Origin: Phoronis australis | Lineage: Eukaryota > Animalia > Phoronida | Direction: 5' to 3' | Assembly: GCA_002633005.1 (NCBI GenBank) | Contig: NMRA01000006.1 | Coordinates: 2,193,818 to 2,257,817, forward strand | DNA: 64,000 nt | In this document: piece by piece, positions 12,907 through 24,900 of the stretch | How positions within the stretch are numbered: position 1 is the stretch's first letter | How the letters are laid out: each line of letters starts with the position of its first letter | Notes under the pieces: generated by a model | What the model was told of the DNA's origin: nothing | Database searches by the model: none | Seen by the model: the letters and a program-made list of their open reading frames with translations, nothing else | Program-made: the position numbers and the translations under genes

Positions 12907-15755
12907 AACACAAACATTGAAGTTTCATGTGAGCTACCACTGTCTACATCTACAAACACAGGAATAACTTATGTTACACAGTCTGCTATGAAACAAAGCC
13001 TAGACTCTCGTTACAAATAAAAGCTATCTACAATGTCTAATACAATATCATATATTACAATTAATCCATATTTCCATTAACAACAACACATTAGGACAGA
13101 AAATTTCTGCCATGCCACTTAAATATTATACTTTACATAATAATAAACACTGGTTTCGTCAAAATATAAATAATGGAGAAGTTGTAACCACATCTGATTT
13201 AGATAGTCCCAATTCATCATTTTAACTCCGGTGGTATTCTGAGAAATGGAAGAGAATAGTTCTGTTCTAGTAGTAATATTATAATTTGCAATTTGACAAC
13301 AAGTGTTAGGTAAAGCCACTAACTAGTGAAAATATGAATATTGTGTTAGATATTATCTTGTAAATACAGTACAAGTAAAGAGTTATCAGTCTCCTACATG
13401 CCACAAGTAGGTCACATCATGTGACCAACTGCTTAGTCTTAAAAAGATCTCTATTCCAACAGCACAGTAGACTAGAGTATCAACAGGGATTGACCAACAG
13501 GGATATTCTCACCCATTCTTCAGGATTGCAGACACTCAAGTTCACTGACCTATAGGAACAGAGATGTTTTCAGACTTGACTATACATCACAAGACAAGAG
13601 ACTAATAATTCTTACTTCTACAACTACTGCAAATATTGCGTTTTTTTTCCAACTGCAACATCCAAAAGACAGTTCAAGACAATAAATACTTAACATTAAA
13701 TTATCAGGAAGACATTGTCTTCCTGGAGTTAAACAGGACAGGACTAAGCACAAAATTAGCATACATCAAACACTTTTGTTTGAAGTCCAAAAATAGAAAC
13801 TCTGGCACCGAGGAAAAACGGGTCTATGTTTGAAACAGAAAATGAGATTTAGATTAAAGCAGGTCTGCCCATGCGCATCTTGGGCTCATAATGAGTGTCA
13901 CTATTGTATTATAACAGTCAATCTTGCTTAGTTTTTGAAATAATTCAAATTCTTAAAAATATGTCATTGTGTCGCTAGTGAAGCTCACAGATGTACCTTT
14001 TGTGGCTAAATCATTTCATTTGACTGATTAACTGCTGATGTACATAGGTTCGTTTGTTCAGTTAAGTATATTTAAATCTTGGGCAATGGTTTTAACCAAA
14101 CTGAAATGGACTGTGAAATGACACCACCAACGCCACCTGGGTTGTGGTGAACGCCCTCTGTGGTGGATCGACAAATTAGGGACGTACATGCATAGTAGAA
14201 TTGATTATCAACAATTTCAACTTCAGTTTGATTAAGACCATCTCCCAATATGCTTGAAAAAGATAACAGTGCTTAAATACACTTGAATGTGAACTAATGA
14301 ATTTTCGTACAATGACATTTTTGGCGTGTTAAACATTAAAGATGACTTATTTTAGAGAGAACTTGTAGATTTCTGAGCCTCTGAAATAATGCGCGGTCTT
14401 GCTTTGGTTTCAAACAGACAACCAATATCTGCTGTCTGCACTCCATTTAAAATCAAGCAGATGCAATCTTTACAATAAGAAACATATCTATCCAGTTAGA
14501 TAGTGGCCAGTGGATACACACTTGTGTAACAACCGTTCTGTGTCAAACTTTGGACACATTCACTTTTCATAACAACACAAAATAACTCGAAACATGTACA
14601 AAACAGTAAATGCTGTTTGATGGTTGAATCACATGCTTAACTTACTACGTGAGCTCAATCGATTATTGCATAGAAAATCCCAGGTTTCCTAAATATGCAA
14701 ATTTTCTGCTACGAGCCGTGGATCAACTACAAAAGATACGACGTTCAGACAGGTTTCCCAACATTCCCCCCATTTAAAGGTCGCCCCTGCATGTTGCGGG
14801 TATTTTTCCGTAAATCTGTTTACACTTCCAAATGGACCAAAATGTAAACTGCTGATAATGTTCTGTGCAGCATAAGAAAACTAAACAAGTCCTCAAACAT
14901 GTACATACAACGCATCATGCTTACTGTGTGTAAGTGCCTGATGCACTTGTCAACACTGAATCATTCTACAGACGTAATCCCATAGAGCTTTACATCTCGA
15001 ATGGCTTTCATGAAGCATTGGCATCTGGACAGATGGGATCAATGACTGATACTGCCCTCTAGTGACGAGGGAGTAATTTATGTGCAGAACACCCAATACG
15101 CCATCACACATCACAATGTTTCCTTTCATCAAGTTAAGATCAAGTCAAACCCAGAGTTCATATTTGGTTAGGTATGCTGTGGGCTCAAAGTCCTCACAAC
15201 TTTGGAATACGCGTGACCTTTGAGTGAAACGTGTAGAAAGGCATCAGCAGAAAATGGAGAAATTCACGAGTTCAAAGCCAGGCTATTTTAGAGTTAAAAG
15301 CAATTAGCCTCAAGTGCATTCTATCTATCACAATGTTAGGCTGTCCTAAAGGTATTAGCAGACTTGGCCATCTGTAATTGTACAGCCATTTTTAAAAGTT
15401 ACTAGCCTAAGACTGCTGTCTGCCAATATCCCATGCTTGATTGAATAAATACACTGATGCAGTGATCGCAACTTGTACTTTTCATGGCATGCTGATGTTT
15501 TTTTACGCAATGAGGGGAGAAATACTGTGAACTTTGTGCTCGTCTCAAGGAAATAATTGAACCACTGTCGCAGAAATACATCCGAATTAGAACTCTTGCC
15601 TCTTATTGCAACGCGTATTTCCAAACACATCCAGATGGCAGTAATACGACTTATTTCCAATCTTGACCGATCCTTTCTCACTGCTTTGCCTAATCTACTG
15701 CTCAAGGCTGCAATAATTCATCTCTGACCACGCACGGCCCTGTGCAGGCCTAGCA

Positions 15756-15997
15756 CTAGTCAGTCAGGTCGAAAATTTCGGCCAACAGTCCCTCGGAGAA
15801 CTCCATATTTGATTCCTTCAAATGAATGAGCATCCTCTTCTGCTCACTGCTCAGCTCACGGAGGTTGGAGATGATCATGAGTAGGCGAGGGAACAACGGC
15901 TTCTCGGGGTTACGCAGCGACATCTGGTGTTGGAGAGCTTGAATCAGAATCTCTTGTAGCTTGTTCACCTTCTCTCGATTGCTCAGTCCAGGTCGGT
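15756..15997 (-). CDS. Nuclear receptor last coding exon (LBD helices 9-12)
   Basis: tttttgtcgcag|AC; (D)[21 protein letters not shown]...[16 protein letters not shown]...[10 protein letters not shown]. Confidence 0.95.
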
Positions 15998-18900
15998 CTG
16001 CGACAAAAAAACAGGAGAGCTATTAAGGTAATGTCAGGCACTAGAAACACGTCCAAATTCGGCTAACTTCAAACTATCATATCTCAGAATTGGCCAATCG
16101 GAATTGATATGGCATAAAAAGAAATTATAATTTAGGAAACTGTAACAGAATTTTTGAGAATTCATCTTGAACATTTATATCAAACGAAATTTGGTCGTAC
16201 CATTGATACCGTGGTTTCGCTATGAATGTACCTTGCTTTTTCGCTAAATTTTACTAAAAAAAACAGGGTCACAAGACCTACTTAATGGCAAGCTGGTACA
16301 ACGTCAAAAATTTAATTCTACAACTTTTCTACTCTCAGAAAATTTTTACTTTTACTAAGTTAAAAGCTATGATTTGTAGATATTTGACTAAATAAAAATT
16401 ATACAGATTCATTGACAAGGCACCGCATTACCATAACAAAGCAGTTTTCAGTACCAAGGCCACAATTAACAAAATGCCTCTATTTCAAAATCACCTCCAT
16501 GTCAACAAAACTTGTTCTTTATGAAAGTAAATCAAAGAATACATTTCATTAAGCAATTGACAATACGAAAATTATCCACAAGTGCTAACTTCAGTTGAGT
16601 GCCTGAAACTGATAAGTCGTTCCCAGCAATGGATTCTCCGAATGAATTATGATGCTCACAACCTCACCTGGTGTGATCAACATCAAGGCGGCGAAGAGAG
16701 ACACCTCTGAGTTGCTAAGGTTGAATGAGTTGAAACGGCTGGCGAAGTTGAACAACAGGTCAACGTAGGTGGGGCCGAGGGCAAAACTGTTACGCAGCTG
16801 TTCCCGCGTGTACGAGATCTCGATACCAGGAAGTAGCATTGTGTTGGTCGTGGTCTCAATGAACGATGCATGCATCACGCAGGCAACCTGGAGAAAAAAC
16901 GTGCCAAACATGACATTCTGAAATGCGAGTATGCTAGGATAAATAGCAGAACTGCTGCAAAACTGATCATCATAGATGTCTCGATTTCAATTTCGCAAAA
17001 TCATCATGTCCGCGAAAATGACACAAAAACACATTAAATTACAGGGGTCATTCTTATGGCATTGTTAGGGATTGCTGGACGGGACGGGACTCTTTTGAAC
17101 TGAGCAATAAAGCAATGACGTCCCTCGTTTTTTGTGATTTTATTACAAACCAACAATTCTCGTTGTTGTTTGCCAGACAATTGTTGAAATCAAGGCTGGT
17201 GTTTTTACCACTGGAATTTGCTTAAATACTCAGCGCGTGGGATTCGGCTCAGCAGTTGAGCATTTGAATGCAGCTCCAGAGCTAGTGGGTTCAATCCCGC
17301 ACTAGTGCTAATTTCTCTGCAAATAAATTGTCTAGAAAGTCCCTCAAATGACAAAATGTGTCAGGATTAGAGTAAGGACCAAAGGGAGTTCACCGTCTGC
17401 ATCTGAGACTAGCACTGATGCAGCAAACTCAAATTATTTTAGCTCAAAGATGGCATTTTGACCTCAACTAACTGTTCACATATGATTGGGCTTCTTTAAG
17501 AAACAAATTTCATTTCAAAATACAACTTCTACAAAAATATTACTAGAATAGTAACACGTATATAAAACTCGAACCAAAAGAGAGTTCAGAAAGGTGATAA
17601 TGAGGATTTTAGTCAAACCAGTTCTCAATGACTTTCCCACATTTTAGAAGAGTTGTCAAAACCAAGAAGCGTACCTCAAAAGAGCCACCCTTTATCAGAC
17701 TGATCTGATCTTCAGTTTCTAGTGCTGAGAACCCTGGTATCCGTTTGGCAAAATTGACAACATCGGCGATGGCATCGTTAAATCGAGCCTCGTACGCTCT
17801 CCAACAGGCGGTAGCCTCAGCAGACGACATGGCAGATGGAACCTGTGTAAAGTTTGGGAAGACCTGATCAACTTCATTGCATCTTCACAAAAAGGAAGTA
17901 ACAATACATAAGGTCATCCACAAAGCGACCTATTTAATCTTTTAACCTAAATTTCCATTTTTGAACCTATTCCCATATTTTCAAGTAGTGTACCCAGGCA
18001 ATTTTTACTTGACCTTAATTTATCATAAAACAATTTTACATGAATTAACATTAACCATTTTTAGGAATTCATATGAATGGTATGATATGACAAAAATGGT
18101 TAATAAGAATTCGTATTAATGATTCATGCAAGGTTTATCACCAATGAAGATAATTTATACGCTTTCTTATCACTGAGCAATGACAAATGATAAAAAGAGG
18201 CTTTCAGTGAATGATGCTTTATGAATGATGTTCAGATTGATATCAGACTGATCATTTATCATCGGCCTGATATGACCAAAATAGGGGTACAGATAGCAGG
18301 CCTGGGTGATTCTTTTGATAACAACAAACTGCACTGTACAATAAGTAGCAGTGAATCAAAATTGTCGAGGTCCAAAATTTTTTTTACAAAATTGTTGTTT
18401 CTGACGCACACACTGGAGGTGAAATTTTGGCAAGAATAGTGTACCCCGTAGAAAGACACTTAAAATGCTCGGTAACCAAATTTCGGATTGGAAACATGGC
18501 AATAGCAAATAAAGGCCATAGCCAGAGAAGTTGACCTCTTTAAGATAGAATGCATCCTCCATGGGATTGTTGTCCTTCCTTTTCATATCCAACATGCCAG
18601 GGTCACTTTCAACCTTCTTGATTGATAAACTGATAAAATGCTAGTTTTTCGGATTTATTGCAATCTGCCTGTCACCGCAAAATTTATATTTTGTTAGGAA
18701 CCAGCTTACGGTCCACCAGGAGGATTCTCATAACTGAAAACATCGAAATTCCAACAGCGATTTGATTTCCTGAGGGATTCACCAAGGAGTTTCTGCAACG
18801 GAACTACTTGCTGAAAGAGGAAGATGCTGTAAGCGTTACATTTAGGGATTTGTTACACTTCCAGTCCCCTGAAATTTGGCCACTAAAAGTTCAATTGTCC

Positions 18901-21900
18901 CTCTATCAGATACATTGTTCCTGTCACAGTCTAGACTGGATTGTATTTGTGTAAGAAGCACCAAAGTCATGGAACTTGTTTCAGCTTGTGCTGAGTTCAG
19001 TCCAATTTGGTTTGTTTTAGCGTCAATAGAATTGCCCAGGCCTACTGCCTACATCACCTGAAAATACGGAAAAACACAAACTTTGTATGAAATATAAAAT
19101 AGGGCACTTCTTGGGCCAGCCTGTAAGGGCCAGCCTGTATCCCACACGCAAGCCCAAGTTGTTACACCATGTAGACTTGAATTAAGGAGCATGTGGTTAC
19201 GTTCGAAACATCTGAGTAAAACAAAGGAAGAAGTTTAATCACATGCAAGTGAATGTGGAGTTATCCGTTACACCATATATTGATGTGTTTCCAATTAAAA
19301 ATTATACAATTATTTGAAAGAACGGAGGATGGATAACAGTGACAGACTAAGGTTTCTTCGGGTGGGGGCCCTGAACTATAAAATATCTGGGGTCCTAGTG
19401 ATTTGAGCTGCCCCCTGTTGTCACAATTTTTCCATTCACCTGCCTGGATTCCACAATGGTTTACTGAGCTAAATGCCAGTCCGGTCACAACACTTTCTGA
19501 TCTTAATTCCCAGTTTTCGAGGGGTCACCCGGAACTACAGAGCAGGCCCCCATTTTAGGCCAGGTCAAGAGCAGTAGCTCATTCAGTTAAAATGGAACGT
19601 ACACCTTATGTAGAGAGGACAATTCTGCACCGATCGGTTTTGAATTTTTATCAACATTCCTCGTTGGCTGAATCTTCAGTGAATGCTCCTTTGTTTAAAA
19701 GCAGTGCCACCGCCACAACACTGCTATAGTCTGACAACACATGGTATATAAATAAGCAAATGAAAAACTTTTTTGTTAAAACTGCATTGAACCCTACATC
19801 AGTAGGTCAGAAATGGCCAACCTCGATTAGAGATAAAATAAAAATAAAGTGGTTTATTAAGACAAAAAATATTTGTGAGCTCCATTCTGTCTACAGTATG
19901 AAAAAAAGAAGCATTAACATGCCTTATGTCACAAGTCGCGTGTGAAATGGGAAATCGAAAGGTATAACCCTATCACCTAAACAGGTCTCAATATACTGTC
20001 CACAGGCAAACTATTAACGGTTATTCTACAGCTATTTTGTTAAAAAATAATTACTCAGTAGTCTTCCATTTTTCAACAACAGCAACGTGGAGCGTTGAAA
20101 TGCACCCACGAATGCACTGCAAATGGTGTGCTTCTAGGGGTGTTTATTCCTATCAAAAATGGCCACTAAATGAAGCAAAATACTTCGAATCCATCAAAAA
20201 ACGGGAAAATGTTACCATTTTTTAACAGCAACCTATTTACCACATTTCATGAAAATCCATCAATCAACTTTAGAGAAACGGAGGAAAATGGAAAAAAAAT
20301 GAAATTGCCACTCGGCGGCAGAGTGTTCGTCGGATCTGTCTGAAAGTCGTCGTCTTCCGTTGTTAACTTCATATCAATACACATGCAAAATTTAATAAAG
20401 ATCTTGCAGAAAGCTCAAGAGATACAGGTATGGGCGAAAAAAAAAACAAAACTGCCACTGGGAGGTGCCACAGTCGTCCAAGTCATCGGAAAATCATTGT
20501 CAATCGTCCTCTTCATAGCAAGAACATACATGCCAATTTTCACAATCATCCTTAGAGTGGTTTGGATGACAAAAAACAGACTTGACAAAAACAAAAATGG
20601 CCACTAGGTGGCGCAAAATACCTTGAATCAATCCGAAAAATAAATGGCTAGCGTCACCTCACTAATAGATGCCTATCTACCAAATTTTATGGAAATCCGT
20701 TTAAGTCCTTCGAAGATACAGTGGTAAACATAAAAAACTAAAATTGCCACTAAGGGGCACACCGGTGGTCATATCTGTCTGAAAGTCGTCGTCATCTGTT
20801 GTCAGCAAAAGTGGAATGTTTTAAAAAAACCTTAAAAGTGTTTTGGAGAACTGTGAATAAAGTATAGCATCTAAAAGTTTCCTACAACTCCCATTTCCCG
20901 TTTTTGAGATACGATGTTCCGAAGTTGGCCACATTTGGACACTTTTCTAGGAACCTACAAAACATCAACGAAGACGGTTGTAAATTGCATATTAGGAATG
21001 CTGCTTGCTGAATATGCCTGAATTTCAGGGATTCTTTCTTACATAAACATAGTAAAGCGTTTGCAATCACGCACTTGCTCTATAGACTTAGCTATGACCA
21101 GATGTGCACCCTCAAAATTACAGGAGTCAAAATAGTACCCCTGGTATCACAACAGACAATGTGTCTGTGTCACGTGGGTACTGTCTTGACTCCACTTACT
21201 ACCTGAATAGCTTCTCCTCCCTCGCCGTTGGTCTTGGACGCGTTTAACAGCTTGGACAGCATACCCTGCCTCAAATCGACTGTATTCTCCAGCGTGAATT
21301 TAAGAGTTTCCAGGTAAGCTTCCTCGATGGTTGTGGCCAGAATGTTCATGTCCACACGCACGTCATTCTCTGGTGCACTCCACATCGTTGACGGCACTGC
21401 TGTTGCCATAGAGTCCGTCACAACAGTGGTTTCAATGGGAACAACCGCTGCCCGGCTAGCCTGAGCATTTAGGTTTCCTGCACTCACAACACCGGGAGGA
21501 ATAAATGCGGCACTGACATCAGTAGTGGTCATCTTGACCCGTTTGTCGTCAGGTGATTCTATCGTTTCTGGCGCCTTGTACGGACGTTTTTTCAGCGGAC
21601 TCCGAGTAAGCTGCTCGTCAGATTTCGCTGTTTGTTTGACTGTGGTGAGTGCAGTGTTGGGAACAATGACAGATTTGATGGGGACAGTGGGTGACTGGTG
21701 AAAGTCCATGACAGCAGGTGCGGCCGTGTTGACGACGGGTACCATCTGTGGCATCTGGCCTGGGGCAAACATCAGCCTCTGGGGAGAGTTCAGTGCATTG
21801 ATGACCAGCACCTACAGATGAAATAGAAAATGTCTTAATGTGCACCATGACAATACCACTGCTCAACATCAAAGGCGGATGACAGCATAACATGGCTGAA

Positions 21901-24900
21901 TATGCCTTGTCCGTGTGATCTACCGTTACGATTGTCACGTGACTAGGCGGATCAGGCAGTGTTGAAGCATCTCCATCCGACTCGAGTTGTGTTGGTACTG
22001 TGTCATGGATTGGACCCTATGAGACCTGTCCATTACAACTATAGGCATCTAACACAAGTGTAAATTACACTACGGTCAGACAAAATCCTAAAACTGAAAG
22101 GAGAAGAAAAACAACATTCAACCTGAAGAAAGGTAGGCGAACACTATATCCTGGTAATTAACTTGAAACCTTTTTGTCCATAGCAATATCAGGTCTTGGA
22201 AGGACCAATGACAAAAAGATGAAAAATTTGCAGGTGACGCATCACTCCACAAATAAGGCTTTTCTGACAGAAATATTTTTGTGTAATAAAATCTAACTGA
22301 AATAAACGTGTTTGCATGAATACAGTCAAATTAATCATAAAAAGAGACAAAAAGAGGAAACTGGAAAAAAAGAGCAAATCAAAACCAAAAAAGAGGAAAT
22401 CCTCTTAAAGTCGTGAAAAACATAAAGCATACATCGAGTCTGCTATTGAGAGAATCTAATTTTCTGTACAAAAACAACGCTGAATTAAAACTTAATCGAC
22501 GTATTTCAATCTGTTTTGGTGACACGTTCATGTACCTGCAAAAGAATGCTCGGGTATTCGGACTCACCGCTTGTGAAGACGATATGGGCAGCTGCTGCTG
22601 GTTTATTGTGTTCTGCGGAGTTGACAACTGTTTCTGGCTGTAGGTACTCTTGTTTTTTGGAGTCGTCTTGACACCGGCTCGGACTTTTTGTGACGTTTCA
22701 TTAGGCGTCTGCCTAGCTCTTTCGAGATTTATCTGAAAAGGAGCCGCATCTAACCGTGACAGAGCGTTTTCAACGTGGCTCGTGTTCTTAACATATGGCT
22801 CAGGTATACTGAATGNCTGCTCAACATCAAAGGCGGATGAAATTAACTGTGAGATCAGCATAACATGGCTGAATATGCCTTGTCCGAGTGATCTACCGTT
22901 ATGATTGTCACGTGACTAGGCGGATAAGGCAGCCTTGAAGCATCTCCATCCGACACAAGTTTTGTTGGTACTGTGTCATGGATCGGACCCTATGAGACCT
23001 GTCCATTACAACTATAGGCATCTAACACAAGTATAAATTACAATGCAGTCAGACGAAATCCTAAAACTGAAAGAAGAGAAACAATGATCAACCTGAAGAA
23101 AGGTAATCCAGGTAATTAACTTGAAACCCTTTGTCCGTAGCAATATCAGGTCTTGGAATGACCAATCACAAAAAGATGAAAAATTCAGGAGATGCATCAC
23201 TCCACAAATAAGGCTTTTCTGACAGAAATATTTTTGTGTAGTAAAATTTAACTGAAATAAACACGTATTTGCATGAATACAGTTGATCCATTCTTGTTGT
23301 TTTATTTACCTATTTATATTCTACATGAATACAGTCAAATTAATCATAAAAAGAGACAAAAAGAGGAAACTGGAAAAAAAGAGGAAATCAAAACCAAAAA
23401 AGAGGAAATCCTCTTAAAAGAGGAAAATTCCAAGTCGTGAAAAACATAAAGCATACATCGAGTCTGCTATTGAGAGAATCTAATTTTCTGTACAAAAACA
23501 ACGCTGAATTAAAACTTAATCCATGTATTTCAATCTGTTTTGGTGACGCGTTCATGTACCTGCAAAAGAATGCTCGGGTATTCGGACTCACCGCTTGTGA
23601 AGACGATATGGGCAGCTGCTGCTGGTTTATTGTGTTCTGCACAGTTGACACCTGTTTCTGGCTGTAGGTACTCTTGTTTTTTGGAGTCGTCTTGACACCG
23701 GCTCGGACTTTTTGTGATGTTTCATTGGGCGTCTGCCTAGCTCTTTCGAGATTTATCTGAAAAGGAGCCACATCTAACCATGACAGATCGTTTTCAACGT
23801 GGCTCGTGTTCTTAACATATGGCGCAGATATACTGAATGTGATAACAAAGACGATTCAACAACAACGCACATATTGTGAACAACGGAGTGAAAAATGTAA
23901 CTGAAGACGAAGTCCTGATGAGTCGAACATAAATTAGCAGCAGTATGCAAATTTTCTCAGTAGACATAATTCTGAACATATTTGATTTTGAGTGGCTTAC
24001 AAAATTGAATGGAGACAAACGTCAAAGCAGAACTGACCTAAGTTTTGATGGTCAAAACCACTCGAATGCAGCCAATAAACCAAGAAAATGAAAAAATCCT
24101 TGGTGAAGGGCATACAGAGTGGCACAGACCTGTGACCCTACCTGCAGTTGAAGTTCTGAGGAGTCCGGCGCAGCACCTGTACTCGGCCCGCCCGTCTCCG
24201 CCTGTGTCTTCGCCTGCATCCTCATCAACAACTGCATGATAGAAGAGGCCTCACCCGGCTTGTCTCCGCTCGCGTTCAACTGAGATTCCAGTTTCTGGGC
24301 TAGGTCACCCTGCCCGATTTCACCAGCCACGCCTCGTTCTCCTACAGCCTTTAGCAGAGTGGGAAAGTCGGTGATTCCCGACGACTCAGCCTTGAGACTG
24401 AGGAGACCATGCAGTGCCTGGGCTGTCTGTGTGTCCTCAATGGTGCGACACGCCTCTGTGATCATCTCTCGCATGCGCCGTGACCTCCGACCCAGCTTGG
24501 CGGCTAAAAAGAAGGTAAAACTTAAATGTCTATTCAACAAACCTAAACTGTGAGAAATAGAGCAATCTCTGAGAAATAAGATAGATGATGAGTTTTAAGT
24601 TTCATTACAGGTGCTGTGGAGTCAACCACAAACTGACGTTAAATTCACAAGAATGGCTGTGTTTAAACAAACAAAATGATATAAGCAACCAGCACTTATA
24701 TGATCATAGAAAGGGGAAATCAAATCAAACTAATACTCGCGTTACATCACCCGATGGTAATCATCTGATATAACCTGACCAAATTTTGAGAACCAGTTTT
24801 CTCCACTGAATAATGCGCATCAAGCTGGTTCTCAAAATACGGGCATGTTATATCAGACTATTGCCTTAACCAATGGTTCTGCCTTGCAGTGAGGAGGCGG

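Noticed and set aside
17231-17310. Possible tRNA gene
   Set aside because: A and B boxes are present, but acceptor and anticodon stems do not pair; treated as a SINE relic.
21859-23839. ~1-kb tandem duplication (21859-22815 / 22817-23839) with paired ORFs of 160/127 aa and 76/76 aa
   Set aside because: The copies abut a single N at 22816 and differ by scattered SNPs and indels like two alleles. This is the signature of overlapping haplotype contigs joined in scaffolding. The ORFs have no recognisable domain.
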